In this document: positions 1 through 9,983 of the stretch, piece after piece
Position numbering within the stretch: position 1 is the stretch's first letter
Layout of the letters: every line of letters starts with the position of its first letter
Assembly (NCBI GenBank): GCA_045809745.1
Contig: JBJMXE010000091.1
Span: 3,016-67,015 of the forward strand
DNA: 64,000 nucleotides
Source: Chthoniobacterales bacterium
GTDB taxonomy: Bacteria > Verrucomicrobiota > Verrucomicrobiia > Chthoniobacterales > UBA10450
Direction: 5' to 3'
The notes under the pieces: generated by a model
Told to the model about the DNA's origin: nothing
Database searches by the model: none
Seen by the model: the letters and a program-made list of their open reading frames with translations, nothing else
Made by a program: the position numbers and the translations under genes

Positions 1-342
1 AGGTTCTGCGGCGGCTGAGAGTTTGTCCGATAAACAGAGATCGGAGGCCAAAGCCGCTCGCCAATCTGGCGGAGCTGTCGGCAGTCAGAAGGAAAGCTAA
101 CTTGCGGCAAGGCACCCGGCATTTGCCGGGTGCGGTGGCCGGTGGTGATAATGCCTCCAGCTACGGATGTTCTGATCGATCTGTCTTGCGATGTTGGTTC
201 ATCTGTAGCTGGTCCAGAAGATCACGATCAGGAGCATGATCAGAAGAGATACTGCGTTCATATCTATCCGGTCTGGGGCGCTCTGCGGAGGTCTGATGGG
301 TTCGCAGTTGTTTTTTGCGGCGGATCAAATTACAAAATCGAC

Positions 343-870
343 ATGCTTTCGCCTCAGCCAATCAAAGATCCACCAACCGTAACTGCCGCCGGCGAGCGAC
401 TCGGCACTCGCATCGAAGGAGTTGAGGTCCGCCGCGCGGTGACTCATACCGATGAACGAGGAACGTTGTGCGAAATCTTGAGTCCAGCCTGGAACGTTCA
501 TCCTCTGCCGCTGGTGTATGTTTATCAATTCACGATTCGGCCGGGTAAGGTGAAAGGCTGGCACGTGCATCGACTGCACGACGACCGCATTTTCATCAGC
601 CGGGGCGAAGTCAAAGTGGTGCTTTACGATTCGCGGGTGAACTCGCCCACTCACGGACTGGTTAACGAAATTTTCCGAACCTCGCTTGACCGCGATTTAA
701 TGGTGATTCCGGCGGGAGTGTATCACGCACATCAGAATTGCGGCGCGGAGGATGCCCTCTTCATCAGCATGCCAACGCGGCCTTACAATCATGACGATCC
801 TGACGTCTATCGCCTGCCCGTAAACAACGACGTCATACCGTATCGTTTCGAGAATAGTCTCGGCCGCTAA
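343..870 (+). CDS. dTDP-4-dehydrorhamnose 3,5-epimerase-like cupin (RmlC family)
   Basis: ORF track 130..870. The conserved part begins at ATG 343 (MLSPQPIKDPP). Motifs ERGTLCEI, KGWHVHR, DRIFISRGEVKVVLYDSR and GVYHAHQN fit RmlC-type cupins. The 70 upstream codons look non-coding. Confidence 0.6.
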   Translation: MLSPQPIKDPPTVTAAGERLGTRIEGVEVRRAVTHTDERGTLCEILSPAWNVHPLPLVYVYQFTIRPGKVKGWHVHRLHDDRIFISRGEVKVVLYDSRVNSPTHGLVNEIFRTSLDRDLMVIPAGVYHAHQNCGAEDALFISMPTRPYNHDDPDVYRLPVNNDVIPYRFENSLGR

Positions 871-877
871 GCACAGC

Positions 878-2230
878 ATGGGAATGGATGGTGACACGCC
901 GTTGGTAAGTGTCATCACCGCGACCTACAACTGGAGCAGTGTTCTTCGATATGCGCTTCTTAGCGTCCAGGCGCAGACATTCAGAAACTTCGAGGTACTG
1001 GTCATTGGCGACGGCTGCACTGATGACTCGGAAGACATCGTTAGATCGTTAGGCGATGCTCGTTTTAAATGGGATAATCTACCGGTTAACCACGGCCACC
1101 AGTCTGCTCCCAACAACCGCGGACTGGAGCTCGCTCGCGGTGAATGGATTGCGTATCTCGGTCACGACGATTTGTGGATGCCGAATCATCTGGAGCTTCT
1201 ACTTCGAAAACTCAAGGAAACCCGCGCCGACGTTGGCTTTTCGTTGGCCATGTTGGTCGGAGCACCGGGTTGCGACGGCCGAATGCTGTTTCCAGTTTTT
1301 GAGGAAGGCAAATACCAGCGGGGTTCCGACATTCCCCCGTCGGTCTTGATGCATCGCCGAACCCTGGTGAAGTGGGGTGATTGGCCCGATCACCACCTTA
1401 CGGAGGGCACACCAGAAGGAGTGTTGCTGGCCCGGTTTCACGACGGAGGCGCCGAATTTGCATCGTTGGCCGAAGTCACAGCTTTCAAATTCCCATCATC
1501 CTGGCGCCCGCACTGTTACACCACGCGAAGCTGTGAAGAGCAGGCTGGTTTCTTCAGGAGAATGCACAACGAACCTGATTTCCTGCACCGTCAGCTGATT
1601 GAACTGGGGCTGGCGACGCAACTACTCAAACCTCACACCCGCGTGCCGGCCACGCGGCGCCAGGAAAACCTTCTGCCCGGCGCAGTGATCGAGGGCTATC
1701 GTCGCACCCGCGGCCTAACCGGAGATCCTCCCGAAGAAGGTCTCCCGCGATATGTTACGACGGCGGCGATGGCCGAGATGTTAGCCAAGCTCGTGAACGA
1801 CGAAATCCAGCGGCGACAACTCGATCGTTTCGCGGTCTTCGAAATGTTTTGGGCGGCAGACGGCAGATACAGTGCGGAGCGTTCCACGCGCACCCTTGTT
1901 CCGATCGGACGCTGGGTGCGGATCAGAATTCCGCTCAAGCATACTTCACAGGGCGCACCGCTCCGAATCGATCCGTGCGAACGTCCGGCAATGATCGAAG
2001 TGGCATGGGTTGCTTTGCGTCGGAACGGGTCTGTGAAATGGTGTGCGCGCGGAGCCGGACTCGAGGCTCTGACACTCGGGGGTGATGCTTTCCGGATTGA
2101 CGTCAGACGGGTGTTGAGGATTCGAAGCCGCGGTAACGATCCGGTCTTCTATTTGCCCGCGGATGTGGCCGTTGACGCGCCGCTGGTGTTCGACTGTTGG
2201 TTGAGAATCAGTGGCTTGGCGGAGAATTAA
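878..2230 (+). CDS. family 2 glycosyltransferase with long uncharacterised C-terminal extension
   Basis: N-terminal GT-A signature VSVITATYNWSSVLRYALLSVQAQTFRNFEVLVIGDGCTDDS and a YLGHDD acidic motif. The last ~220 aa have no motif I recognise. Confidence 0.8.
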   Translation: MGMDGDTPLVSVITATYNWSSVLRYALLSVQAQTFRNFEVLVIGDGCTDDSEDIVRSLGDARFKWDNLPVNHGHQSAPNNRGLELARGEWIAYLGHDDLWMPNHLELLLRKLKETRADVGFSLAMLVGAPGCDGRMLFPVFEEGKYQRGSDIPPSVLMHRRTLVKWGDWPDHHLTEGTPEGVLLARFHDGGAEFASLAEVTAFKFPSSWRPHCYTTRSCEEQAGFFRRMHNEPDFLHRQLIELGLATQLLKPHTRVPATRRQENLLPGAVIEGYRRTRGLTGDPPEEGLPRYVTTAAMAEMLAKLVNDEIQRRQLDRFAVFEMFWAADGRYSAERSTRTLVPIGRWVRIRIPLKHTSQGAPLRIDPCERPAMIEVAWVALRRNGSVKWCARGAGLEALTLGGDAFRIDVRRVLRIRSRGNDPVFYLPADVAVDAPLVFDCWLRISGLAEN

Positions 2231-2419
2231 AAACCGCGGGGAAGGTCGCGGAGACGGTAGGACAACAGGCGAAGGGTTAGCTTTGTGATGTCGAGTGTAG
2301 CCGAGACATCTCTTGCTCTATCGCTCGTTAGGCACGCTGGCCGAGTGGCCACAGCACCCGCATCCTTCCCGCCCCAGCCTGCAATTTGCACGAAGTGCGA
2401 TTGTGTTTCTCTTAGGTTA

Positions 2420-3463
2420 ATGCCGCGACTTGAGGAGCTGCTCGGGATCGATCTTCCAATCATCCAGGCGCCGATGGCTGGGGCGCAGGGCAGCGCGCTC
2501 GCCATAGCGGTGGCGAACGCCGGCGGGATGGGGTCTGTACCGTGCGCAATGTTGAGCATCGATTCGATGCGAACCGAACTGGCGTCGATCCGCGCCGCCA
2601 CGGACAAACCGATTAACGTGAATTTCTTTTGTCACCATGAGCCCGTGACTAACGAATCGGCGCTTTCAAAATGGAGAAAAAGGCTTGCTCCCTATTATAA
2701 AGAACTTGGACTGGAAATCGACGGCCAATCGGCGGGAGTCGGCGGTGGCCACCGGAAGCCGTTCAATCGCGAGGCGGCTGAGGCGATCGGGGAATTTAAA
2801 CCGGAGGTTGTCAGCTTTCATTTCGGTTTGCCTGCTCCCGAACTGCTCAGCCTGGTCGGTCAATGGGGTCCGAAGATTATTTCTTCCGCGACGACCGTGG
2901 AAGAAGCGCAATGGCTAGAAGCACATGGTGCCGATATCATTGTCGCTCAAGGATTAGAGGCGGGTGGACATCGCGGTCATTTTCTATCGGCCGACCTAAC
3001 GATGCAGCCTGGGACCTTTGCGCTGCTGCCGCAGATGGTCAAGGCGGTCGCCGTCCCAGTAGTCGCAGCAGGCGGGATTGCGGATGCAAAGGGAGTGGCG
3101 GCGGCCCTGGACCTTGGTGCGGCCGGGGTCCAAATCGGTACTGCTTACCTGTTGTGTACGGAAAGCACGATCACCCCATTACACCGTTCCGCACTAAAAA
3201 GTGAAGCGGCCCGGCATACTGCGGTCACCAATGTGATCACCGGACGTCCAGCACGTGGTATCGTCAATCGAATCATGCGCGAACTCGGCCCGATCGATGC
3301 CGACACGCCGGAATTCCCGCTCGCTTACAATGATGTTGCCCCGCTCCGGGCAAAAGCTGAAGCCAACGGCAGCTCGGATTTTTCTCCGTTGTGGTGCGGC
3401 CAGAATGCGAGCGGATGCAGGGAAATCGCCGCAGCCGATCTGACGCGCGAGCTCGCCGGCTGA
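2420..3463 (+). CDS. nitronate monooxygenase (FMN-dependent, 2-nitropropane dioxygenase family)
   Basis: ORF 2285..3463. The likely start is ATG 2420 (MPRLEELLGIDLPIIQAPMAG). Motifs IIQAPMAG, GLEAGGHRGHF and AAGGIADAKG are present. Confidence 0.8.
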   Translation: MPRLEELLGIDLPIIQAPMAGAQGSALAIAVANAGGMGSVPCAMLSIDSMRTELASIRAATDKPINVNFFCHHEPVTNESALSKWRKRLAPYYKELGLEIDGQSAGVGGGHRKPFNREAAEAIGEFKPEVVSFHFGLPAPELLSLVGQWGPKIISSATTVEEAQWLEAHGADIIVAQGLEAGGHRGHFLSADLTMQPGTFALLPQMVKAVAVPVVAAGGIADAKGVAAALDLGAAGVQIGTAYLLCTESTITPLHRSALKSEAARHTAVTNVITGRPARGIVNRIMRELGPIDADTPEFPLAYNDVAPLRAKAEANGSSDFSPLWCGQNASGCREIAAADLTRELAG

Positions 3464-3468
3464 TTGGG

Positions 3469-5475
3469 TCAGTTAGGCAAAGAAGCGATCGCTCGCTGAA
3501 ATCGCGGGTCTTGTCGAATCGGATCGAGCACTGGATTTAATTTGAGCTGCAAGGCAAACCAGCTCCGCTCTTCTACAACTTTCGGCAACCAGGCCAGCGC
3601 CTGTTCAGTGTCTCCGGTGCGGAGGTAGGCCGAAACGTAATCCCAAGCGGGGAAAAAGCGGCCGGCTGCGCTTTCGGTTTTCAACTTCTCAAGCTGCCTT
3701 TCTCCAAGGGCGCGAACGGCGGCATCGAATCCTGATGATGCGAAAGTTTGCTCAAGAAGATCAGCAAGTGGAGCCCGCCCGGTGAAACGCAATGCTGCCG
3801 CCCATTGGGTGATCGCTTCGTGCGTCATTCCGTTTTGGGCGCACGCGTCTCCGAAGTATTCATGAGCCGCAGGAGACCCCGGCTGTAACTCGAGGGTCTT
3901 GATGTAGCGCTTTATTGCCGCGTCGTAATCGCGCATGAAAAAGAAGACGCGGCCGGCGTGCAAATGCAGGCCGGGAAAGAATGGATCGAGCTCCGTCGCA
4001 TGGTCCATCACAGCGATGCCCTCCTCCGGCCGCCCGTGGAGAACCAGGCACAAACCGTAGTGATGCCTAACGTCCGATAGGTTCGGACTTAGTTCCGCCC
4101 CTCGTTTGAAAGCGCGCTCGGCCGCAGTCCAGTTGCGCTTATAATACACTTCGACGGCAGCCAGTGGGTTGTACGCTTCAGGCAGCAATTCGTCGAGTTC
4201 CAGCGCTCTATTCACCGCCTTCTCCGCCAACGGCCAGTGTTCGGGGTGCAAAACGCCGTTAGCGGCGCCGAACGAATGATAAAGGCTCAGCCCCGCATAA
4301 GCCGCTGCGTAGCTGGGATCGAGTTCGATTGCTTTCTCGAAACTTTCCCGCACCCGCTCGTAGCCAGGCGCGAGAAAATTTCGCCACAAATGCTTGCCTC
4401 TAAGGTAGAACTCATGCGCCTCTCTGTTCTTGGTGGGTTGTGTGGAAATTGCCCGCCGTTCGGCGCCGGTTAGTTCGGCTTTCAGCGCATCCGCAATTTT
4501 GGAAGCAATATCCGTTTCAACTTCAAAGATGTCGGTAAGAGTCCGATCGTACCGTTCCGCCCAGAGGTGAGCGTCGGTTTCAGCATCAATGAGCTGAACA
4601 TGCACCCGAACGCGGTCGCCCGACTTTCGCACGGAGCCTTCCACGATATTCGCGACACCGAGCTGCCTTGCGATCTCCGGCAAATTCTCGGTCACTCCCT
4701 TGAAGCGCAGCGTCGATGTCCGGGAAATGACTTTGAGCTGGTTGATCGTCGACAATCGGCTCAAAAGTTCCTCCTGAATTCCATCGGCGAAATAGGCGTT
4801 CGCTTTGTCTTCGCTAAGATTTTCAAAAGGGAGCACGGCGATCGACTTGCCTAACGGAACTCTCTTCGGTGGGGACGGCTCCTCAGCGGGAGTCAATGAC
4901 TTCAATTTTTGCGGCGGCTCCGGGTTTCCAAACTCTTCCGAATAAAGGTTCACCAAAGCGAGCTTGGTTCCATGTTTCACTTCGCATGTACCGAGATCGT
5001 GCAAGAGCGGCCGCCATCTGGCGTACTGCTCGAGATCGTCCGCGACGCGTTTGGACAACAGAAGGTGACCGGCGTCCCCGCAATCCATGACGCGTTGCGC
5101 GATGTTGATGCCGGCGCCGGCGATGTTTGCCTGCTCGTTCAGGTCAGTGACTTCTTTGATCGGTCCGCTGTGAATCCCGATGCGGGCTTTAAGATCGGGA
5201 TGTTTTCGTAAGGCTTTGCTGACTTCCACCGCGCAACGGACAGGTGCTTCTGGAGTAGTATAAAAAACGAGCGCACCGCCATCGCCGCTGGGCAGGCGCA
5301 GTAACTTGCCGTCTGCTTGCGCAGTTTGGAAAGGCTCGGTGGCGCGAACGATCTCGCGCAGCCGTTCCAGCTGCTCCGCCTGCTCATGGATCATCAGCTT
5401 CGAATAGCCAACGATATCGATAAATAAAACATGCCCGATCTCGAAAGTAACATCGGAAGGAGAAGGGCCGGCCAT
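3469..5475 (-). CDS. class III adenylate/guanylate cyclase fused to TolB-N-like and TPR repeat regions
   Basis: N-terminal cyclase motifs FEIGHVLFIDIVGYSKL, GDGGALVFY and RIGIHSGP. A central SIAVLPFENLSEDK segment is followed by C-terminal TPR-like repeats. Confidence 0.8.
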   Translation of the reverse strand: MAGPSPSDVTFEIGHVLFIDIVGYSKLMIHEQAEQLERLREIVRATEPFQTAQADGKLLRLPSGDGGALVFYTTPEAPVRCAVEVSKALRKHPDLKARIGIHSGPIKEVTDLNEQANIAGAGINIAQRVMDCGDAGHLLLSKRVADDLEQYARWRPLLHDLGTCEVKHGTKLALVNLYSEEFGNPEPPQKLKSLTPAEEPSPPKRVPLGKSIAVLPFENLSEDKANAYFADGIQEELLSRLSTINQLKVISRTSTLRFKGVTENLPEIARQLGVANIVEGSVRKSGDRVRVHVQLIDAETDAHLWAERYDRTLTDIFEVETDIASKIADALKAELTGAERRAISTQPTKNREAHEFYLRGKHLWRNFLAPGYERVRESFEKAIELDPSYAAAYAGLSLYHSFGAANGVLHPEHWPLAEKAVNRALELDELLPEAYNPLAAVEVYYKRNWTAAERAFKRGAELSPNLSDVRHHYGLCLVLHGRPEEGIAVMDHATELDPFFPGLHLHAGRVFFFMRDYDAAIKRYIKTLELQPGSPAAHEYFGDACAQNGMTHEAITQWAAALRFTGRAPLADLLEQTFASSGFDAAVRALGERQLEKLKTESAAGRFFPAWDYVSAYLRTGDTEQALAWLPKVVEERSWFALQLKLNPVLDPIRQDPRFQRAIASLPN

Positions 5476-5549
5476 GATCCTCCCTTTCTTAGCACGAACT
5501 CCAAGCTTGAACGAGCAGTATCAAACCGCCCGTCGACGGCTGGAGGAGC

Positions 5550-7499
5550 CTAGCCGTTGGTAACGCTTTCCCACTCCGTTGTTAACCGGGCAAGGTCATC
5601 CGTCACAACAGCCAGTTCGCGGTTAATTGATACCGCGCGACCACCGGCCTCATAAGCCGCCGGATCTTCTAAGGCCGCAACCAATTCTTTTTGCTGGCCT
5701 TCCAAAGCCGCGATTCTCATCTCCAGCGCGTGAATACGCGCTTCCCGGTCGCGCCGGGCTTTGGCAGCGGCATTCCGTGCCTCGGCTTCCAAACGTTTGT
5801 CCTGTTTCGTCTTCGGAACAGATCGCGGTGCACTTTTAACCTGCTTCTTTGCCGAGATGCCGTTCGAACCGTCGGCTGCTGCGGTAAGACCGACCTGTGC
5901 CGTGACCGCTTTTGATTTTTCAAGGTAGTAGTCGTAATCGCCCGGATAAAAGGTGAGCCGATTATCAGGCGATTGAGGGTCACCGCTTACGCGCAGCACA
6001 CTTGTCGCGATCGCGCGGATGAAATGCACGTCATGGCTGATAAAAATCAGGGTGCCTTGATACTGGGAGAGGGCACCAATCAAGGCATCAATCGATCCCA
6101 CGTCCAGATGGGTCGTCGGCTCGTCCATGAGCAGAACGTTAGGCGGATCGAGCAACAGTTTAACCAGCGCTAGTCGCGATTTTTCTCCGCCGCTGAGCAC
6201 TCGGACGGTTTTGAAGACGTCGTCCCCACGAAACAGGAACGAACCGAGCACAGTGCGGGCGGTCTGCTCTGAGACGGGGTGGATCATGTCTCGACCGCTA
6301 TCGAGAACGGTATGATGAGGATTGAGCATATCGATCCGATTCTGCGAAAAATACCCAACCCGCACGTTGTGGCCGAGCTGACGACTGCCGTTCTGCACCG
6401 GCAACACCCCCGCCAACAACTTCAGCAGAGTTGATTTCCCGGCTCCGTTAGGCCCAACCAGCACGGTGCGTTGTCCGCGTTCAGCCACAAAGTTCAGGTC
6501 GCGGTAGACTTTCAGGTTGCCGTAAGAATGATCGACCTCTTTCAGTGTGATCGCGCGCAGCCCACTGCGCGGCGGCTGCGGAAAGTGGAATTTGATCGTT
6601 TTTGCGTGCGCCACTGGCGCTGCGATCTTCTCCATTCTGTCGATCTGCTTCAGTTTGCTCTGAGCCTGGGAAGCTTTACTGGCCTTGGCCCGGAAGCGGT
6701 CGGCGAAGAGTTGGAGCGAAGCGATCTCTTTCTGCTGATTTTTGTAGGCCGCAGCCTGCTGCTCTTCTCTCGCCGCTTTCTGTTCCACGTAACTGCTCCA
6801 GTTCCCGCGATAGCGAACCAGCTTCGAATGCGCGATTTCAATGATGCTGTCGACCAGTTGGTTCAGAAACTCGCGATCGTGAGAGATCATGACGATCGCT
6901 CCGCGATAACTTTTCAGATACTCCTGAAACCATTGCAGCGACTCGAGATCGAGATGGTTAGTCGGCTCGTCCAGAAGAAGGAGATCCGGCTCCATTACCA
7001 ACAACCGCGCCAGATGAGCGCGCATGATCCAGCCTCCGCTCATTGCCCGGGCCGGCCGATTGAAATCGCTCTCTCGGAATGCCAGGCCGGCAAGCATCCG
7101 CTTCGCCTTCGGCTCCAACTCCCAACCGCCGTGTGATTCAAAAACATGAAGTGCGTCGTTATAAGCGGCTTCGCTGGAACCGCGGCCGGCCTCGTGATTC
7201 TTAATCACCTTCTGCGCATGAAGCAGTTCCGGTGAAACAGCCAGGACGAGCTCCAAAACGGTCTCGTTACCCGCAGCAGCCGTTTCCTGCGGCAGAAAGC
7301 CAACGCTGGCACTTTTTTCGAGACCGATTTTTCCGGCGTCCGGACTGGCGTCGCCGAGAAGTAGCGAGAACAAGGTAGATTTGCCTGAACCGTTCGGACC
7401 GACGAGTCCAATCCGCTCCCCCCGATTCACCTGCAAAGAGACGTCGTCGAATAATCGGCGGCCACCGAAAGACTTACTGAGTTGCGATACCGTGAGCAT
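5550..7499 (-). CDS. ABC-F family ATPase (soluble tandem ABC cassettes)
   Basis: Two Walker A motifs (GPNGSGKST, GPNGAGKST), Walker B LLLLDEPTNHLD and VLLMDEPTTHLD, and signature SGGW/LSGGEK. There are no TM segments. The C-terminus is a basic coiled-coil tail. Confidence 0.9.
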   Translation of the reverse strand: MLTVSQLSKSFGGRRLFDDVSLQVNRGERIGLVGPNGSGKSTLFSLLLGDASPDAGKIGLEKSASVGFLPQETAAAGNETVLELVLAVSPELLHAQKVIKNHEAGRGSSEAAYNDALHVFESHGGWELEPKAKRMLAGLAFRESDFNRPARAMSGGWIMRAHLARLLVMEPDLLLLDEPTNHLDLESLQWFQEYLKSYRGAIVMISHDREFLNQLVDSIIEIAHSKLVRYRGNWSSYVEQKAAREEQQAAAYKNQQKEIASLQLFADRFRAKASKASQAQSKLKQIDRMEKIAAPVAHAKTIKFHFPQPPRSGLRAITLKEVDHSYGNLKVYRDLNFVAERGQRTVLVGPNGAGKSTLLKLLAGVLPVQNGSRQLGHNVRVGYFSQNRIDMLNPHHTVLDSGRDMIHPVSEQTARTVLGSFLFRGDDVFKTVRVLSGGEKSRLALVKLLLDPPNVLLMDEPTTHLDVGSIDALIGALSQYQGTLIFISHDVHFIRAIATSVLRVSGDPQSPDNRLTFYPGDYDYYLEKSKAVTAQVGLTAAADGSNGISAKKQVKSAPRSVPKTKQDKRLEAEARNAAAKARRDREARIHALEMRIAALEGQQKELVAALEDPAAYEAGGRAVSINRELAVVTDDLARLTTEWESVTNG

Positions 7500-7635
7500 G
7501 GGGCGGAACGCGCAGTGTTCACTTGGAGGCGCTTCTTCGCAAGTTCCAGCACTGGAAACGACGTCCGGCAGAAAACGGGCGAGGGTGGACGTTGCCAGCC
7601 ATATCTACCCGCGAAGGATTGTGTATATTCGGATC

Positions 7636-7965
7636 ATGATCCGATTTTTTCTTCGCATCGTGTGTTGCCTCCTGCTGGTTCCGGTGTTCGCATCGGCTCA
7701 GCCTACGGCTAATAGTCCCGATCCCAAATCCGGCGCCGAAATGACCGGTACCATCAGAGAGTACACCGCTGGAAATACGTTGGTGCTTGAGACTCTCGCT
7801 CCGAACGAACCGGTGCAGTTCAAATTGGGCAAAGACGTGACCTATGCTGATACCGACGGCAAGACGATCGAAGCCGCCGGCCTAACAACGAATCGCAGGG
7901 TCAGGGTTCATTATCACAAAGTCGGGGGCGATAACGTGGCCGACAAAATCAGCCTGGTGGAATAG
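7636..7965 (+). CDS. small secreted hypothetical protein
   Basis: ORF 7381..7965. The plausible start is ATG 7636, which gives the signal peptide MIRFFLRIVCCLLLVPVFASAQ. The upstream part overlaps the ABC-F gene on the other strand. Confidence 0.5.
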   Translation: MIRFFLRIVCCLLLVPVFASAQPTANSPDPKSGAEMTGTIREYTAGNTLVLETLAPNEPVQFKLGKDVTYADTDGKTIEAAGLTTNRRVRVHYHKVGGDNVADKISLVE

Positions 7966-8040
7966 GGCAGGGGCAAAGTCGGTTGATGTAAGAGCTGCCG
8001 GCTCGACACCGTCCACCGTCTACGGCTAGCATCGAGTTCA

Positions 8041-8577
8041 ATGGATCCTGATTTCGCTCAGCTGGCCAACGATCGCTACGAAATAGCCGATGCACTGCAT
8101 CGATATGCCTTTGCCCTCGATCATGATCATCCGGACACGCTTGCCTCGGTGCTGACTGACGACTGTCGCTTTGATTTTGGGCCGGCGGCCAAAAAGATTG
8201 GTGTTGAGATGGCGGTCCTGAATGGCCGTGATGCAATTGTGCAAAACGTGCTGCCACGGATTGGTCCGTTGAAGACCAGTCACAGCGTGAGCAACATTCA
8301 GATTGAGATTAGCGGAGATACCGCGAGCCTGACCGCCTACGTGGCTTCCCAACACTTCGTCGGACGCAACGGCTCGGCGAGCGATTTCGCGCTGCTGATG
8401 AACCGTTATGACTGCGGTCTCGTCCGAACATCCGCTGCGGACGCGCCGGACCGTGTGCGATGGCAATTCAAGCGCATCACAATCGACAATGCCTGGTTCC
8501 AGGGTAATCCCGACGTCCTGGATGCGTCCTCAATGTCGAATGCTTTGCGGACCAAAAGACTGAAGCGAAACGCCTAG
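8041..8577 (+). CDS. SnoaL-like / NTF2-fold protein
   Basis: The N-terminal pattern DRYEIADALHRYAFALDHDHPDTLASVLTDDCRFDF is typical of SnoaL_4-type NTF2-fold proteins. Confidence 0.6.
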   Translation: MDPDFAQLANDRYEIADALHRYAFALDHDHPDTLASVLTDDCRFDFGPAAKKIGVEMAVLNGRDAIVQNVLPRIGPLKTSHSVSNIQIEISGDTASLTAYVASQHFVGRNGSASDFALLMNRYDCGLVRTSAADAPDRVRWQFKRITIDNAWFQGNPDVLDASSMSNALRTKRLKRNA

Positions 8578-8627
8578 GTCGACAGCTCGAGGGTTGAGGA
8601 CCGAAGCGTGGAGCGGTCCGGTGCCGC

Positions 8628-9794
8628 CTAACCTTCGTCGCCCCCGTCATCACCACCACCGTCGTCTCCTCCATCATCGCCAGAGTCGTCCGCGCCATCG
8701 TCCACGTCGTCCATTCCTTCGTCGTCCGCGCTGTCTTCGACGCCGTCATCGTTAGCATCATCTTCCATGCTGTCGTTATCATCGGCAGCTGCGTCTTCAT
8801 CGGTGTCCTCTTCGGCCGCGACCTCATCCTCCTCGGCGTCAGTCATCTCCACTTTCTCGTTAGCCGCGAAGTCGTCCTGACTATCAATGTCGGCGTCTGA
8901 AAGTGTGTCCTCGACATCAACGTCTTCGTAAACTTCCACCGGTGTGTCGGTGTAGACCCAATCGTACGACACCGGATCAGCCCATTCGTAGTAGTAGGTG
9001 TCGTACCAATCTACGTAGTTAACCAGCGTCGCGTAGTCACCGCGCCAGTCTTTATCGACATAGTACTGATAGCCCCGGATAAGGCCGGCTTGAACATCCA
9101 GCAGGTAAAGTGCAGCGAGGTAAGTATCGAGCGTCACTGGATCGTTCACGATCTTATCAGCCTGTTTTTCGATCTCACCTAGGCCTTTCTCCAGCGCCTT
9201 GTCCTTTGTCGCACTGGCCTGGAGCTTGTTGATCTTCCCTAACAGCTCTTTCTGTTTCGCCTTGATCTTCTCAAACGCTGCCTTTTCTTCGGCCGTTAAC
9301 GGGCCGCCTTTTTTCTTCCGGGCGGCTTCCTTTGAAAAATCCTGCCGCAGCGCGGAAAGCGCGTGATCGAGCGTTCTGCCACTTTCGATCACCGCCTTGT
9401 TCTTCGAGTCGGTCAACTGCCAGTTAACCTTCAGCTCCTCGCCCGCTTTCCGGGCACCCTCCACTCCCTTGAAAAAATCGTTCGTTTTGGCTGACAACCC
9501 CTTATCTGCTGTCTTCAGATTCTTGGCGACAGACTGCGCCGATTTCCAAAATGGTTTGTTTTTCGCCGTGCTCGGATCAAGCCCGTTGTCGGCACGAGCA
9601 TCTTTTACCATTGCCGCCAGCGCTTTCCGGGCGTCGTGAAGCAAAGTTTTAGCGTCAGCTTTTGTGGTGGGATGCTTTTTGGCCGGTTTTGCCGCAGTTT
9701 TGGCGGCAGGCGGCGCTTTGGTGGGTGTGACTGCCTTGGCGATGGCGAACCAAGTCAGCGAGAGGCAGAGCAGGATGGCGGTGAGACGCTTCAT
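8628..9794 (-). CDS. secreted hypothetical protein with extremely acidic C-terminal tail
   Basis: Signal peptide MKRLTAILLCLSLTWFAIAKA, then a Lys/Ala-rich helical region. The last ~95 aa are almost entirely D/E/G (DDGADDSGDDGGDDGGGDDGGDEG). Confidence 0.6.
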   Translation of the reverse strand: MKRLTAILLCLSLTWFAIAKAVTPTKAPPAAKTAAKPAKKHPTTKADAKTLLHDARKALAAMVKDARADNGLDPSTAKNKPFWKSAQSVAKNLKTADKGLSAKTNDFFKGVEGARKAGEELKVNWQLTDSKNKAVIESGRTLDHALSALRQDFSKEAARKKKGGPLTAEEKAAFEKIKAKQKELLGKINKLQASATKDKALEKGLGEIEKQADKIVNDPVTLDTYLAALYLLDVQAGLIRGYQYYVDKDWRGDYATLVNYVDWYDTYYYEWADPVSYDWVYTDTPVEVYEDVDVEDTLSDADIDSQDDFAANEKVEMTDAEEDEVAAEEDTDEDAAADDNDSMEDDANDDGVEDSADDEGMDDVDDGADDSGDDGGDDGGGDDGGDEG

Positions 9795-9983
9795 AAGCCG
9801 GTGAGGCTGAGGCGCTCAACATTTATGTCAATGGTATTCGTTTGATCGTGTGCTGTAACCCGGCAATGCGCGTTAGCCGGAGTAACGCACCGGGCGTAGC
9901 CGAACAGATCAACTTACTTCGTGTACTATATATAGAGAGAAAGCGACGCAAGACCGGTCGGCCGACAGGAACAGTGACGCAAT

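Noticed and set aside
112-133. Perfect 9-bp hairpin GCACCCGGC-ATTT-GCCGGGTGC as an intrinsic terminator.
   Set aside because: No T/U tract follows on either strand, and the upstream gene lies outside the window. I did not call it a terminator.
130-342. N-terminal extensions of track ORFs. Examples are 130..342, 2285..2419, 22500..22670, 37438..37716, 38296..38418 and 47100..47231.
   Set aside because: In each case an internal ATG or GTG immediately precedes a signal peptide or the conserved family N-terminus. The upstream translation has no coding character.
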